Shown: one piece after another, positions 18,831 through 26,000 of the stretch
Numbering within the stretch: the stretch's first letter is position 1
Layout: each line of letters opens with the position of its first letter
Source: a virus
Virus record (IMG/VR): IMGVR_UViG_3300029566_000029
Direction: 5' to 3' (one strand)
Length of the DNA: 42,726 nt
The notes under the pieces: generated by a model
The model's database searches: none
What the model was told of the DNA's origin: nothing
Seen by the model: the letters and a program-made list of their open reading frames with translations, nothing else
Translations under genes and position numbers: made by a program

Positions 18831-19179
18831 TGCTGATTCCCTCCAACCAGTAATCTTTTTTGCACTGTTCACAGGGTTTACCATCCCTTACACATTTGGT
18901 TTTATATGATTTATCAATCTTTTTAGGGCATATATTTATAATGCCGTTTTTCATTGGGGCATCTGAAAAATACCTTTTAAAAGCATCTTGCCTTGTACGC
19001 GGCCACTTTTCCGCCCAATCAATTAGCTTTTGCGTTCTCTCTATAACTTTTATCGTGTCATAGTTGCATAAAACACAGCCCATACTTTTACCATCACTGT
19101 TTAGCGGGCATGCTGCGCAAAGGCCATTGTACATATTGCAAAGCTGAGCTCGATATATTTCGTATTGAAAAGCGTCCAT
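18820..19179 (-). CDS. Cys-rich hypothetical protein, paralog of 21118..21489
   Basis: Strong RBS AAGGAGGTG. It shares W-A-[EK]-x-x-P-x-x-TRQ-x-x-F...C-x-x-C-x-x-x-YWL-x-E with the paralog. The segment is AT-rich. Confidence 0.7.
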   Translation of the reverse strand: MDAFQYEIYRAQLCNMYNGLCAACPLNSDGKSMGCVLCNYDTIKVIERTQKLIDWAEKWPRTRQDAFKRYFSDAPMKNGIINICPKKIDKSYKTKCVRDGKPCEQCKKDYWLEGISNGK

Positions 19180-19220
19180 GTGACACCTCCTTTTCTAAAC
19201 TGCGAAAGGGTTGGCTGGCG

Positions 19221-19637
19221 TTACTTTTTATTGCCATCCTCCTGATAATATTCTTTGCTTTTTTTCCTAACAAGTTTGCACCATTCATTCCAACCATCTG
19301 AAATCGGTAAGCTCCCATCTTTTATTGCAGCTTTATGCTCTTCTAGTGTGGCTCTTTTTATGAGCTTGAGCTTTCTGAAATTGAAGGTTTCATATTTGCC
19401 ATTTCCAAAATCAATTGTATAGTTGTTGTCTTCAAGCGGGGAATCTTCATCATCATAGCTAATGGATAAAACCCTTCCTGCCTGATCATAATAATCAGAA
19501 AACGAATCAGCGACACGGACAGTATCTCCAAAATCGAAACAACGGTTCACAATATCTGCAAGATATTGTGATGGGCTCATTTTAGAAAATTCAGAAAGTC
19601 TTGGGTCATTCGCAATGCTTGATTCTTCTCGTTCCAT
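19221..19637 (-). CDS. Acid-rich hypothetical protein (138 aa) in an AT-rich islet
   Basis: RBS AAAGGAG. The N-terminal two-thirds is D/E-rich and the tail is basic. The segment is markedly AT-richer than its flanks. Confidence 0.65.
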   Translation of the reverse strand: MEREESSIANDPRLSEFSKMSPSQYLADIVNRCFDFGDTVRVADSFSDYYDQAGRVLSISYDDEDSPLEDNNYTIDFGNGKYETFNFRKLKLIKRATLEEHKAAIKDGSLPISDGWNEWCKLVRKKSKEYYQEDGNKK

Positions 19638-19758
19638 TTTTGCTCCTTTCTTGCAGTTTCATGCAGCGCGGAAGCGTGCAAATATCGCCATTCTTCCACT
19701 CGCATGTCGCGCAAAGATGTTTGCGGGCGTATTCATCAACTAGTTGCTGTTTTGTCAT
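19606..19758 (-). CDS. Small Cys-rich ORF (50 aa), below the track cutoff
   Basis: Its ATG overlaps the stop of the upstream gene (ATGA at 19755-19758). The product is MTKQQLVDEYARKHLCATCEWKNGDICTLPRCMKLQERSKNGTRRIKHCE. Its 3' end overlaps the next gene by 32 nt. Confidence 0.4.
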   Translation of the reverse strand: MTKQQLVDEYARKHLCATCEWKNGDICTLPRCMKLQERSKNGTRRIKHCE

Positions 19759-20348
19759 GGGGTCACCTCCGGGGGTTTAGGGAGCGGCATCCAATGGGTG
19801 ACGGCGGTCCCGTTAAATTTTCTTTCTTTTCCGTAGTGAAATATCGCTTGAAATCCATCTCCGATATTGCAAAAACACAATACATACTCGTCTTTTTCCG
19901 GCAGCCTGTCTTTAACGCTTATCCATTCACTCATTTGCGGTCGCTCTGGCTCTTTCCCTACTTCCTTGCAGAAGTCCAAGTAATCATCTACGGCATTGCG
20001 GAACTCTTTCTCAATATTTTCGATTTCAAACGCATGAAAATTTACCAAATCCTTGATGCCATCCAATGTTCCATGCCAGAGTTTATCGTCTTCATCATAC
20101 TCTACCGTAGCAGTGTACCCGCGATAAGCAAGTTTTGGCTCTTTCATGTGATCCACGGTTCCGCGCATAATGTGCGCCGTAGACCGTATCGCGTCCGGGT
20201 TATCTGCCAATTTCTGCAACTCATTCAGGTCTTCAAGTATACATGTAATGCCGCATGTATTGCACTCTTTTGTTATGTCCGTACACATGCCACAGGCATC
20301 GCTGTATTTCGTGATTTTATCGCGGATTGCTTCTTGAAGTTGTGTCAT
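19755..20348 (-). CDS. Fusion protein: Cys-cluster N-terminus + HicB-like antitoxin fold + DUF551-like C-terminus
   Basis: The start is taken at MTQLQEAI (ATGA overlap at 20345-20348). YRGYTATVEYDEDDKLWHGTLDGIKDLVNFHAFEIENIEKEFRNAVDDYLDFCKEVGKEP matches the HicB-family pattern. WISVKDRLPEKDEYVLCF...VTHWMPLPKPP matches the DUF551 pattern. Confidence 0.6.
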   Translation of the reverse strand: MTQLQEAIRDKITKYSDACGMCTDITKECNTCGITCILEDLNELQKLADNPDAIRSTAHIMRGTVDHMKEPKLAYRGYTATVEYDEDDKLWHGTLDGIKDLVNFHAFEIENIEKEFRNAVDDYLDFCKEVGKEPERPQMSEWISVKDRLPEKDEYVLCFCNIGDGFQAIFHYGKERKFNGTAVTHWMPLPKPPEVTP

Positions 20349-20932
20349 TCTGATACCTCCTCTACATACGCCATGTTCTGGCGCAGATTGAGGGATTTCG
20401 GATTGAGAACACAAGCCGGGGCAACAGCGCCGCAGTTGCACGCACCGTAGTTGTACAGCAGACCACCCGCGTTCACAGTGCGAACGATGCTCGATCCTCC
20501 CGCGTCGGAATCCTTATCACCACAGCCCCACGGTGTGGCAGTCCAAATCCATCTGTCGTAGTGCGGGATGAACTCACGGTACTTGCGGTACTCGTCACAA
20601 GTGAGGATAAAAACAAAGTCCTGTACAGTGCCATAAGCTCTGTCTCCGTTGTCGGCAACAAGGTCAACGGTATGTGGCAGCAGACTCTTTTCCTCAAAAA
20701 CAGCGTTCGCCATATCAGATAGAATCTCACGTACATTACTGGTGCGGTAGTTATTCCAGTTTCCTTTCTCATCTGTGAATTTATCACTTGGGCAGAATTT
20801 TACATCTTTTGTCCACGGCGTTGCCATAATAGCCAGCACGCCGCCGTCAGGGTGGTTCGGGTCAAGGCAGACCCACTCAAAATTCTTGAACATGAAGTGT
20901 TCGCCTGGGCGCAGGGTTGTAATGTTAGTCAT
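20345..20932 (-). CDS. Hypothetical protein with DUF6273-like C-terminal signature
   Basis: The start is taken at MTNITTLRPGE (ATG 20932, GAAGGTG RBS). FILTCDEYRKY...WIWTATPW...VRTVNAGGLLYNYGACNCGAVAPACVLNP resembles the W-W-x-x-[ST]-P...V-x-x-x-G...G-V-x-P-A motif. Confidence 0.5.
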   Translation of the reverse strand: MTNITTLRPGEHFMFKNFEWVCLDPNHPDGGVLAIMATPWTKDVKFCPSDKFTDEKGNWNNYRTSNVREILSDMANAVFEEKSLLPHTVDLVADNGDRAYGTVQDFVFILTCDEYRKYREFIPHYDRWIWTATPWGCGDKDSDAGGSSIVRTVNAGGLLYNYGACNCGAVAPACVLNPKSLNLRQNMAYVEEVSE

Positions 20933-21134
20933 TGTCAAGCACCTTCTTTCCCTTTGCATCGTAGCGCGTATTCCACTGAGCGATTTGGTCAGCTCCAACA
21001 ATGCCACGGAGGCTCAGCAAACAACTGTTTTGCGGATGACACCAGATAGTGCTGGGCGCTTCGTTTTCTAGGAAGGCACCACAGAACGGGCAAGGCTTTA
21101 GTTCGATATCATCATCATCAATAAACGTTACCAT
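20925..21134 (-). CDS. Lar-family restriction-alleviation-like protein
   Basis: LKPCPFCGAFLENE...WCHPQNSC...IAQWNTRYD has the K-P-C-P-F-C-G ... C ... W-N-x-R layout of the Lar family. This is a motif-level call only. Confidence 0.5.
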   Translation of the reverse strand: MVTFIDDDDIELKPCPFCGAFLENEAPSTIWCHPQNSCLLSLRGIVGADQIAQWNTRYDAKGKKVLDND

Positions 21135-21489
21135 TGTCGGTTACCTCCGTGAGCCAGTATTTGCGGTAGCAGTCGTCGCAGCCTTTTCCATTTGTGCATC
21201 CAATGCTTTCATCAATGGTGCAAGGTTTAATACATAAAATTCCATTATCTTCATCTATTGTTGCATTAGGAAACAACTTCAAGAACTCACTCTGACGGGT
21301 CTTGACGGGGTGGTCTTTTGCCCATTGCTCAACTTTTGAAACCGTTTCCTCAATGCTTTCAACTAAACCGCCGTCGATCCTAACCATGTTCATGACCATG
21401 CACACGCCCTCTTTACAAACAGGACATTCCCTGCAGCTTTGATTTTCGCATAATCTGTTTACCGTCTTGAAAAATTCAACTGCGTCCAT
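21118..21489 (-). CDS. Cys-rich hypothetical protein, paralog of 18820..19179
   Basis: It shows the same architecture and conserved motifs as 18820..19179 (NQSCRECPVC...WAKDHPVKTRQSEFLKLFP...CDDCYRKYWLTE). Confidence 0.7.
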   Translation of the reverse strand: MDAVEFFKTVNRLCENQSCRECPVCKEGVCMVMNMVRIDGGLVESIEETVSKVEQWAKDHPVKTRQSEFLKLFPNATIDEDNGILCIKPCTIDESIGCTNGKGCDDCYRKYWLTEVTDNGNVY

Positions 21490-21815
21490 TACAATACCTC
21501 CAATCTCAAAATTTCATCCCATATGATTTTGTCATACCCGCGCTGCACATACTGGCCGTAGGATATGTCCAGCGCGGCGGCTTCTCTTACGCATTGTTCA
21601 ATGGATTTGATGCGGGGTTTCAGTGCTGCCTTTTTATCCGGCTTCTTTGCCTGCATGGCGGAAATAACGCCTTGCTGCTGCGCTTTCTTTTTTTCGTAGT
21701 TCAGCTTCGCCTTTTGCTTTGCTTTTTCTTTTATGCAAGCATCGCAAAACCGCTTGCAGGGCTGCACGTCCCACATCATCTTGCCGCATTTCTCGCAGAA
21801 TTTAGATACTGTCAT
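21489..21815 (-). CDS. Zinc-ribbon protein with K-rich linker (hypothetical)
   Basis: CEKCGK...CKRFCDAC lies at the N-terminus. ATGA/TAATG overlaps couple it to the flanking genes. Confidence 0.65.
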   Translation of the reverse strand: MTVSKFCEKCGKMMWDVQPCKRFCDACIKEKAKQKAKLNYEKKKAQQQGVISAMQAKKPDKKAALKPRIKSIEQCVREAAALDISYGQYVQRGYDKIIWDEILRLEVL

Positions 21816-22150
21816 AGCGGCTCCTCCGTCTTTTTGGCATCAATGCCGATGCCCTGTAGTGTTACCTGTGCCCAAAGGTCTGCAAGCTGTTCGTTGCGGT
21901 ACTCATTGTATTTGTCGGCCACCGGGCCGGTCATGTAATTCTGGATTCTGACTAAGGTCCTGGGCGACAGGCCGGCCTGATAGCAGGCCAGCAGGCATAG
22001 ATATGTCGCCCGCGTGGCAATGTCGTTGCGCTCTTTCATTACCGCTTCATAGGCGCGGGATTGAATGTCCTTGATTTTTTCTTCGGCATATTCGTCAACG
22101 GCTTTCTGCAATGCCGGGGTAGGGTGTAGTCTTGCTTTCACGTCTTTCAA
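21812..22150 (-). CDS. Hypothetical protein (112 aa)
   Basis: The ORF is coupled to the upstream stop. The start codon is non-ATG (TTG at 22150, or GTG 9 nt downstream). Confidence 0.55.
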   Translation of the reverse strand: MKDVKARLHPTPALQKAVDEYAEEKIKDIQSRAYEAVMKERNDIATRATYLCLLACYQAGLSPRTLVRIQNYMTGPVADKYNEYRNEQLADLWAQVTLQGIGIDAKKTEEPL

Positions 22151-22353
22151 CTCTTTCCTGTTTTGTATAATCCGTATTTTCTGACATCGCGGCGGATTTT
22201 GATTCCGCGCTCTGCATCTGCCGCGTCCGCTGCGGCATCTGCAAGCCGCTGTGCGCGGATTTTCTCAAATATGGCCGCATACTCGCCGTAGCGATTGCAA
22301 GCGCTGTGGCAGTGCGAATGGCGGTCTGGGCAGTCTTTACAGGGGCTGGTCAT
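22147..22353 (-). CDS. Small Cys/His-cluster protein (68 aa)
   Basis: The start is taken at MTSPCKDCPDRHSHCHSACNRY (ATG 22353, GAGGAG RBS). The longer track ORF extends into RusA out of context. Confidence 0.55.
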   Translation of the reverse strand: MTSPCKDCPDRHSHCHSACNRYGEYAAIFEKIRAQRLADAAADAADAERGIKIRRDVRKYGLYKTGKS

Positions 22354-22735
22354 CGTCCGACATCTCCTCGATAAAAATTTCTGTGCGTGGATTGGCTTTG
22401 TCGTACAGTACGCGGGAGCCGTCCACGCTGGCAATGATGGTGTTATTGTCGTCTGCAAGGATTTTGGCGGATACAAGCGTGTCATGGCAGGCTTCGAGCA
22501 AGTTCGTCAGATCTACGCGGCGGCGGGTTGGCATGTAGAACACCGCAGCAACGCGATAGCGTCCCGCCAGCGGGGCTTTCGGCTTTGGGGTGAGATACCA
22601 CATCGCGGCCTGTTCGTACTTCTTGTACTGCTTGCTGGGGGCGATGAACGGCTTGCCAGTGCGGTGGTTTGTAAGTATCTGCTGAGAGTTCTTCTTGGTA
22701 ATAGGGGGCAGGGAGATTATGTATTTTTGTATCAC
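22337..22735 (-). CDS. rusA: RusA-family Holliday junction resolvase
   Basis: The size is 132 aa. The layout is PPITKKNSQQI...VAAVFYMPTRRRVDLTNLLEACHDTLVSAKILADDNNTI, with the catalytic D-x-x-N / DD motifs. Confidence 0.8.
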   Translation of the reverse strand: MIQKYIISLPPITKKNSQQILTNHRTGKPFIAPSKQYKKYEQAAMWYLTPKPKAPLAGRYRVAAVFYMPTRRRVDLTNLLEACHDTLVSAKILADDNNTIIASVDGSRVLYDKANPRTEIFIEEMSDDDQPL

Positions 22736-22920
22736 GGTACAATCTCCTTTACTTTCGCGTAGTACTTCTCGCTGTACCAGATGTCCTGCAGGCGGGGATT
22801 TTGGGTAAAGCCCGCCTTTTTCAGTTCCTTTTCGGCAGCGCCGGCGGTGGTGTAGGTCTGGTGAGAGTGGCGGATGTCGCCGGTAGAGCGGGAGTAAGTG
22901 ATGATTTCAATGCGTTTCAT
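22732..22920 (-). CDS. Hypothetical protein (62 aa)
   Basis: ATG 22920 (MKRIEIITY...). The ORF is coupled to RusA. Confidence 0.5.
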   Translation of the reverse strand: MKRIEIITYSRSTGDIRHSHQTYTTAGAAEKELKKAGFTQNPRLQDIWYSEKYYAKVKEIVP

Positions 22921-23068
22921 CGGCACAAAGCGCCTCTTCCAGGTGCTTTTTCGCGGCTTCTACCAGCATATCTGCATCGCGCAGCTTTTCTTTGGCTTCA
23001 TCCCGCATTTTCTTCGCATGTGAAAGCTCAACGCAGGCGAAATTAAATAAAAATTCTTTCTCACTCAT
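22907..23068 (-). CDS. Small helical hypothetical protein (53 aa)
   Basis: ATG 23068 overlaps the DnaB stop by 8 nt. The 112-aa track version is an antisense-free extension into dnaB and is unlikely. Confidence 0.45.
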   Translation of the reverse strand: MSEKEFLFNFACVELSHAKKMRDEAKEKLRDADMLVEAAKKHLEEALCADETH

Positions 23069-24278
23069 AGTCTGCAACCTCTTTGAACCGTTGATAGGTT
23101 CCGTCAAATGTGATGGGCAGTTCTGCGCATTCTCCGCGCTTGTTTTTGGCGAGGATGAAGCAGTATTTTGTGCCGATGACCTGCCCGCTTTCATCACAGT
23201 TGTCTTTCTTGCCAAGCAGGATAACAGCATCGGCATCCTGCTCAATCTGGCCGGATTCCTTCAAATCGCGCATGGATGGTTTTTCATCTCCGCCGCGATT
23301 TAGCTGTGCAAGTGCAACCACAAGCCGCCCGGTAGTCTGCGCCATCGTATGCAGCTGCATTGAGATGTTTGTTACGGTCTCGTATCGGCTAACGCCCTTG
23401 CAAGGAATCAGCTGCAAATAATCCACAATCACCACATCGGCATGTTTGGCGGCGGCTGTTGCCGAAATCCATGCCACACTTTGCCCGCCTGCGTTTATAA
23501 GCCATAGCGGAAGCTGACTGACAGCGGCACATGCTTTGGCGTACTGCGCATCCTGCGCCGGGCGGCGCTTGAATACGATCTCATCCATCGGGATAAGCGC
23601 CCAGCAGGCCATCAGCTTATCGAACAAGCCTACCTGATCGGTTTCGTAGCTGAAAAAGCAGACGTTTTTACCGGCTTTTGCAAATTGCAAGGCCATCTGC
23701 AAGCCCAGTGCCGTTTTACCGGCAGACGGCCTGCCGCCAACAACAACCATCTGGCCGGGCAAGATAGAGCATTTTCTATCCAACGGTCCCAACATGGTTT
23801 TGAAGCTGCGGTCTGTCTTGTCGTTTTGGTCCATCAGCCAACGTCCTGCCGTTTCCGATATGCTCATGCAGCGGTTATCCACCGAATCTTCTGTAAGGAC
23901 GCTGGCAAGCTCTGTAAACGTTTCGCGCAGCTGGTCGATACTTTTCCCGTCCTCTGCCAAAGAAAGTCCCAGAAGCGCTGCTTTGCGGCGTATGGCGTTA
24001 TCCTTGACGGCTTTGACAAATTTACGGTAGCCGGATATAGGCGGCATGATCTCTGCGCAGTACATCACGGTATCCTTGTTGCGCATGAGAATAACATCGT
24101 CTTCGCTGTAGTAGCCGCGCGATGTGTACAGGTCGCGGATTTCAGTAAAGGCAGCCTTACAAGCGCCGTCGGCGAAATCATCCTCGCTCAAGTGGTCGAT
24201 GCAGTACAGGATGGTTTTAGAATCCAGTGCCATGATGCCGACAACGCACTGTTCCGGTGTTGCTGGTGTTGCTATCAT
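23061..24278 (-). CDS. dnaB: DnaB-family replicative DNA helicase
   Basis: Walker A is GGRPSAGKTALGLQMA and Walker B is VVIVDYLQLI, with the RecA-like C-terminal domain LAQLNRGGD. ATG 24278 forms an ATGA overlap with the upstream stop; the track GTG at 24287 is also possible. Confidence 0.9.
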   Translation of the reverse strand: MIATPATPEQCVVGIMALDSKTILYCIDHLSEDDFADGACKAAFTEIRDLYTSRGYYSEDDVILMRNKDTVMYCAEIMPPISGYRKFVKAVKDNAIRRKAALLGLSLAEDGKSIDQLRETFTELASVLTEDSVDNRCMSISETAGRWLMDQNDKTDRSFKTMLGPLDRKCSILPGQMVVVGGRPSAGKTALGLQMALQFAKAGKNVCFFSYETDQVGLFDKLMACWALIPMDEIVFKRRPAQDAQYAKACAAVSQLPLWLINAGGQSVAWISATAAAKHADVVIVDYLQLIPCKGVSRYETVTNISMQLHTMAQTTGRLVVALAQLNRGGDEKPSMRDLKESGQIEQDADAVILLGKKDNCDESGQVIGTKYCFILAKNKRGECAELPITFDGTYQRFKEVADYE

Positions 24279-24940
24279 CAATACCACCCCGATTCTGTTT
24301 TTGGCTGCGGTGCGTTTTGCTTACGGGAACGCTCCCAGGTTCGTACTGCTGCTTTCCAGTCTTTCATTGGGTTCTTACCTACCTTCCAGCCCTTGCTTGT
24401 GTAGAAGTCGCAAAACTCGCTGCCGTCAATGCCGTTGTTTCGTTCCCGGCAATAGACGTTGACTTCTTCCGGCGTAGGGGGAACAAACCGCTTTGAAACG
24501 GACACACCCTCGTCCCCCTGCGGGGGATTATAGGGGGTATATTCTTTACTTCTTACCTTCTTAGTATTAGAGAAGTGGTTGCTAAGTGGTTGCTCGTTGG
24601 TTGCTCGTTGGTTGCTGTTCTGGTTGGTTGCTTGGTAATCGGCGTAGTTTTTTACCGTAAATACGGTATATTTGCCCTCTTTTGATGTGGTTACTTCACT
24701 GGTTGAAATTAGCTTGGAAATTGCAGTGCGGATTTGTTGGCGTGATAAACCGGTCTGCTTGCTGATTTCTGCTACAGTTGCAACGACTTGACCGCGCTCC
24801 AAAGCAATGCCGCGATACGCTTTATCCTCATAGCTGGCAATCAGCAGCAGGTGAATAAACACGTCCTTTGTGGGGCCGTCATCATACCAGCCCCATTCGA
24901 GCATTTTTCTATATAGCTTGATGAAGCCCTCGTTTGCCAT
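24278..24940 (-). CDS. Replisome organiser / replication initiator (winged-helix N-terminus, DnaD-like C-terminus)
   Basis: The N-terminus FIKLYRKMLEWGWYDD...ATVAEISKQTGLSRQQIRTAISKL is typical of phage replisome organisers. The gene lies immediately upstream of dnaB and contains iterons. Confidence 0.7.
   Translation of the reverse strand: MANEGFIKLYRKMLEWGWYDDGPTKDVFIHLLLIASYEDKAYRGIALERGQVVATVAEISKQTGLSRQQIRTAISKLISTSEVTTSKEGKYTVFTVKNYADYQATNQNSNQRATNEQPLSNHFSNTKKVRSKEYTPYNPPQGDEGVSVSKRFVPPTPEEVNVYCRERNNGIDGSEFCDFYTSKGWKVGKNPMKDWKAAVRTWERSRKQNAPQPKTESGWY
24514..24632. repeat. Candidate origin of replication: GC hairpin, AT-rich tract and 11-bp-phased iterons
   Basis: TGGTTGCT occurs at 24576, 24587, 24598, 24609 and 24625, the first four exactly 11 bp apart. 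An AT-rich tract precedes them at 24536-24575. The inverted repeat CCCCC-tgc-GGGGG lies at 24514-24526. Confidence 0.6.
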
Positions 24941-24943
24941 TTT

Positions 24944-25153
24944 TCAACACTCCAGGTAATACTCGGCATAGCTGACTTTTTCGCCGTAGCGGTTCTTGCT
25001 GCTTGCCGTTCGCTTTTGGATGGGTACGCCGCGTTTTTTCAGATCATTGATGCGGGAAGCAAGGCGGTAGATTCCGTACTCCTGCATGGCCTGTGCAGCG
25101 GTCAAGCTGCCGCCGCTCTCTAAGTGGCGAAGGATTCTATCACATTGTGTCAC
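24944..25153 (-). CDS. Small winged-helix DNA-binding protein
   Basis: CDRILRHLESGGSLTAAQAMQEYGIYRLASRINDLKKRG has the pattern of the small phage HTH family. The start is GTG after AGGTGA. Confidence 0.65.
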   Translation of the reverse strand: MTQCDRILRHLESGGSLTAAQAMQEYGIYRLASRINDLKKRGVPIQKRTASSKNRYGEKVSYAEYYLEC

Positions 25154-25181
25154 GGTGCATCACCTGTCTTTCTTTCAAAAA

Positions 25182-25625
25182 TTAAAAGGGAAGGTCGCCC
25201 TCGTCATCGTCAATCGGGGCGTAGTCTGCATCGGGTTCGCCCTGCGTGCGCTGTGAGTGGGCTGCGGGGCGCTGTGCAGCGTTCTGCGGGGTGGGTCTGG
25301 TACTTTCCTTACTCCCACAGAAATTCACGTTCTGGGCCACGATTTCGGTCGTTGTGCGGTTCTGGCCGTTCTTGTCCTGATACTGGCGGGTCTGCAAGCG
25401 GCCATCAATGGCGATCAGCGCACCTTTGGGGAAGTATTTGCAAACAAACTCTGCTGTTTTGCCCCAAGCAGTAACGTCCAGCCAGTTGGTCTGGTTCTGG
25501 CCGCTGGCATCCTTATAGCCGGAATCGTTGGCGATGCGGAAAGAACAGACGGACTTGCCGCTGTTCGTGGTTTTGAGTTCCGGCGATGCAGCGAGTCTTC
25601 CGATAATAGCAACAACATTCAACAT
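25182..25625 (-). CDS. ssb: Single-stranded DNA-binding protein
   Basis: The OB-fold N-terminus is MLNVVAIIGRLAASPELKTT...WLDVTAWGKTAE. The tail is disordered and ends in the acidic tip DDDEGDLPF. Confidence 0.95.
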   Translation of the reverse strand: MLNVVAIIGRLAASPELKTTNSGKSVCSFRIANDSGYKDASGQNQTNWLDVTAWGKTAEFVCKYFPKGALIAIDGRLQTRQYQDKNGQNRTTTEIVAQNVNFCGSKESTRPTPQNAAQRPAAHSQRTQGEPDADYAPIDDDEGDLPF

Positions 25626-25628
25626 AAA

Positions 25629-26000
25629 TTAGTCCTCCGTAATATCGAGATAGTTTTTGTAAAAGCGGCTGCGAAAATCTGCCACCGTCCAGTGATAGTA
25701 GGCCATTGCATGGCGTTGGCCATCTTGTTCAAGCCACAGCCGCGTAGCGGCACAGTTATGTACAGCATCAGGCGCGTTTCTATGGCAATCTGCACACAGA
25801 GGAACCCAAAGACCGTATTGCTTGCTTTTGTCGCGGCGGCCATTGTATTTGCTTCCGCTGCCAAAAAAGATTTCATGGCGCTCGGTCGGTTTCCATTGCT
25901 GGCATTTGTAGCATTTAAACCCATCAATTGGCATAATAGATGGCGCATAACCGTTTCGGTCAAGCTGAATGCCGTATTCATTGTGCGTCGGTCGGCGCAT
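25629..26000 (-). CDS. HNH-type nuclease, RecA-dependent (Ref-like) family candidate
   Basis: CYKCQQ...HEIFFGSGSKYNGRRDKSKQYGLWVPLCADCHRNAPDAVH has the C-x-x-C ... H-[EH]-I-F ... C-x-x-C-H layout. Confidence 0.55.
   Translation of the reverse strand: MRRPTHNEYGIQLDRNGYAPSIMPIDGFKCYKCQQWKPTERHEIFFGSGSKYNGRRDKSKQYGLWVPLCADCHRNAPDAVHNCAATRLWLEQDGQRHAMAYYHWTVADFRSRFYKNYLDITED

Noticed and set aside
19704-20450. 248-aa plus-strand ORF opposite the HicB-DUF551 gene, and the 323-aa plus-strand ORF at 25257..26228 opposite SSB and the nuclease genes.
   Set aside because: Both are antisense to coupled minus-strand genes with recognisable domains. They have no RBS and an implausible composition.
22907-23245. 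The 112-aa version of the small ORF overlapping dnaB, and the N-terminally extended track versions of several genes. The extended versions are 18384..18884, 19755..20441, 20345..21007, 22147..22485, 26526..27284, 27233..27586, 28686..28907, 32683..32934, 32856..33380 and 33835..34428.
   Set aside because: The extensions overlap the preceding gene extensively and lack an RBS. An internal ATG with an AGGAGG-like RBS and ATGA/TGATG coupling gives a compact, consistent operon structure.
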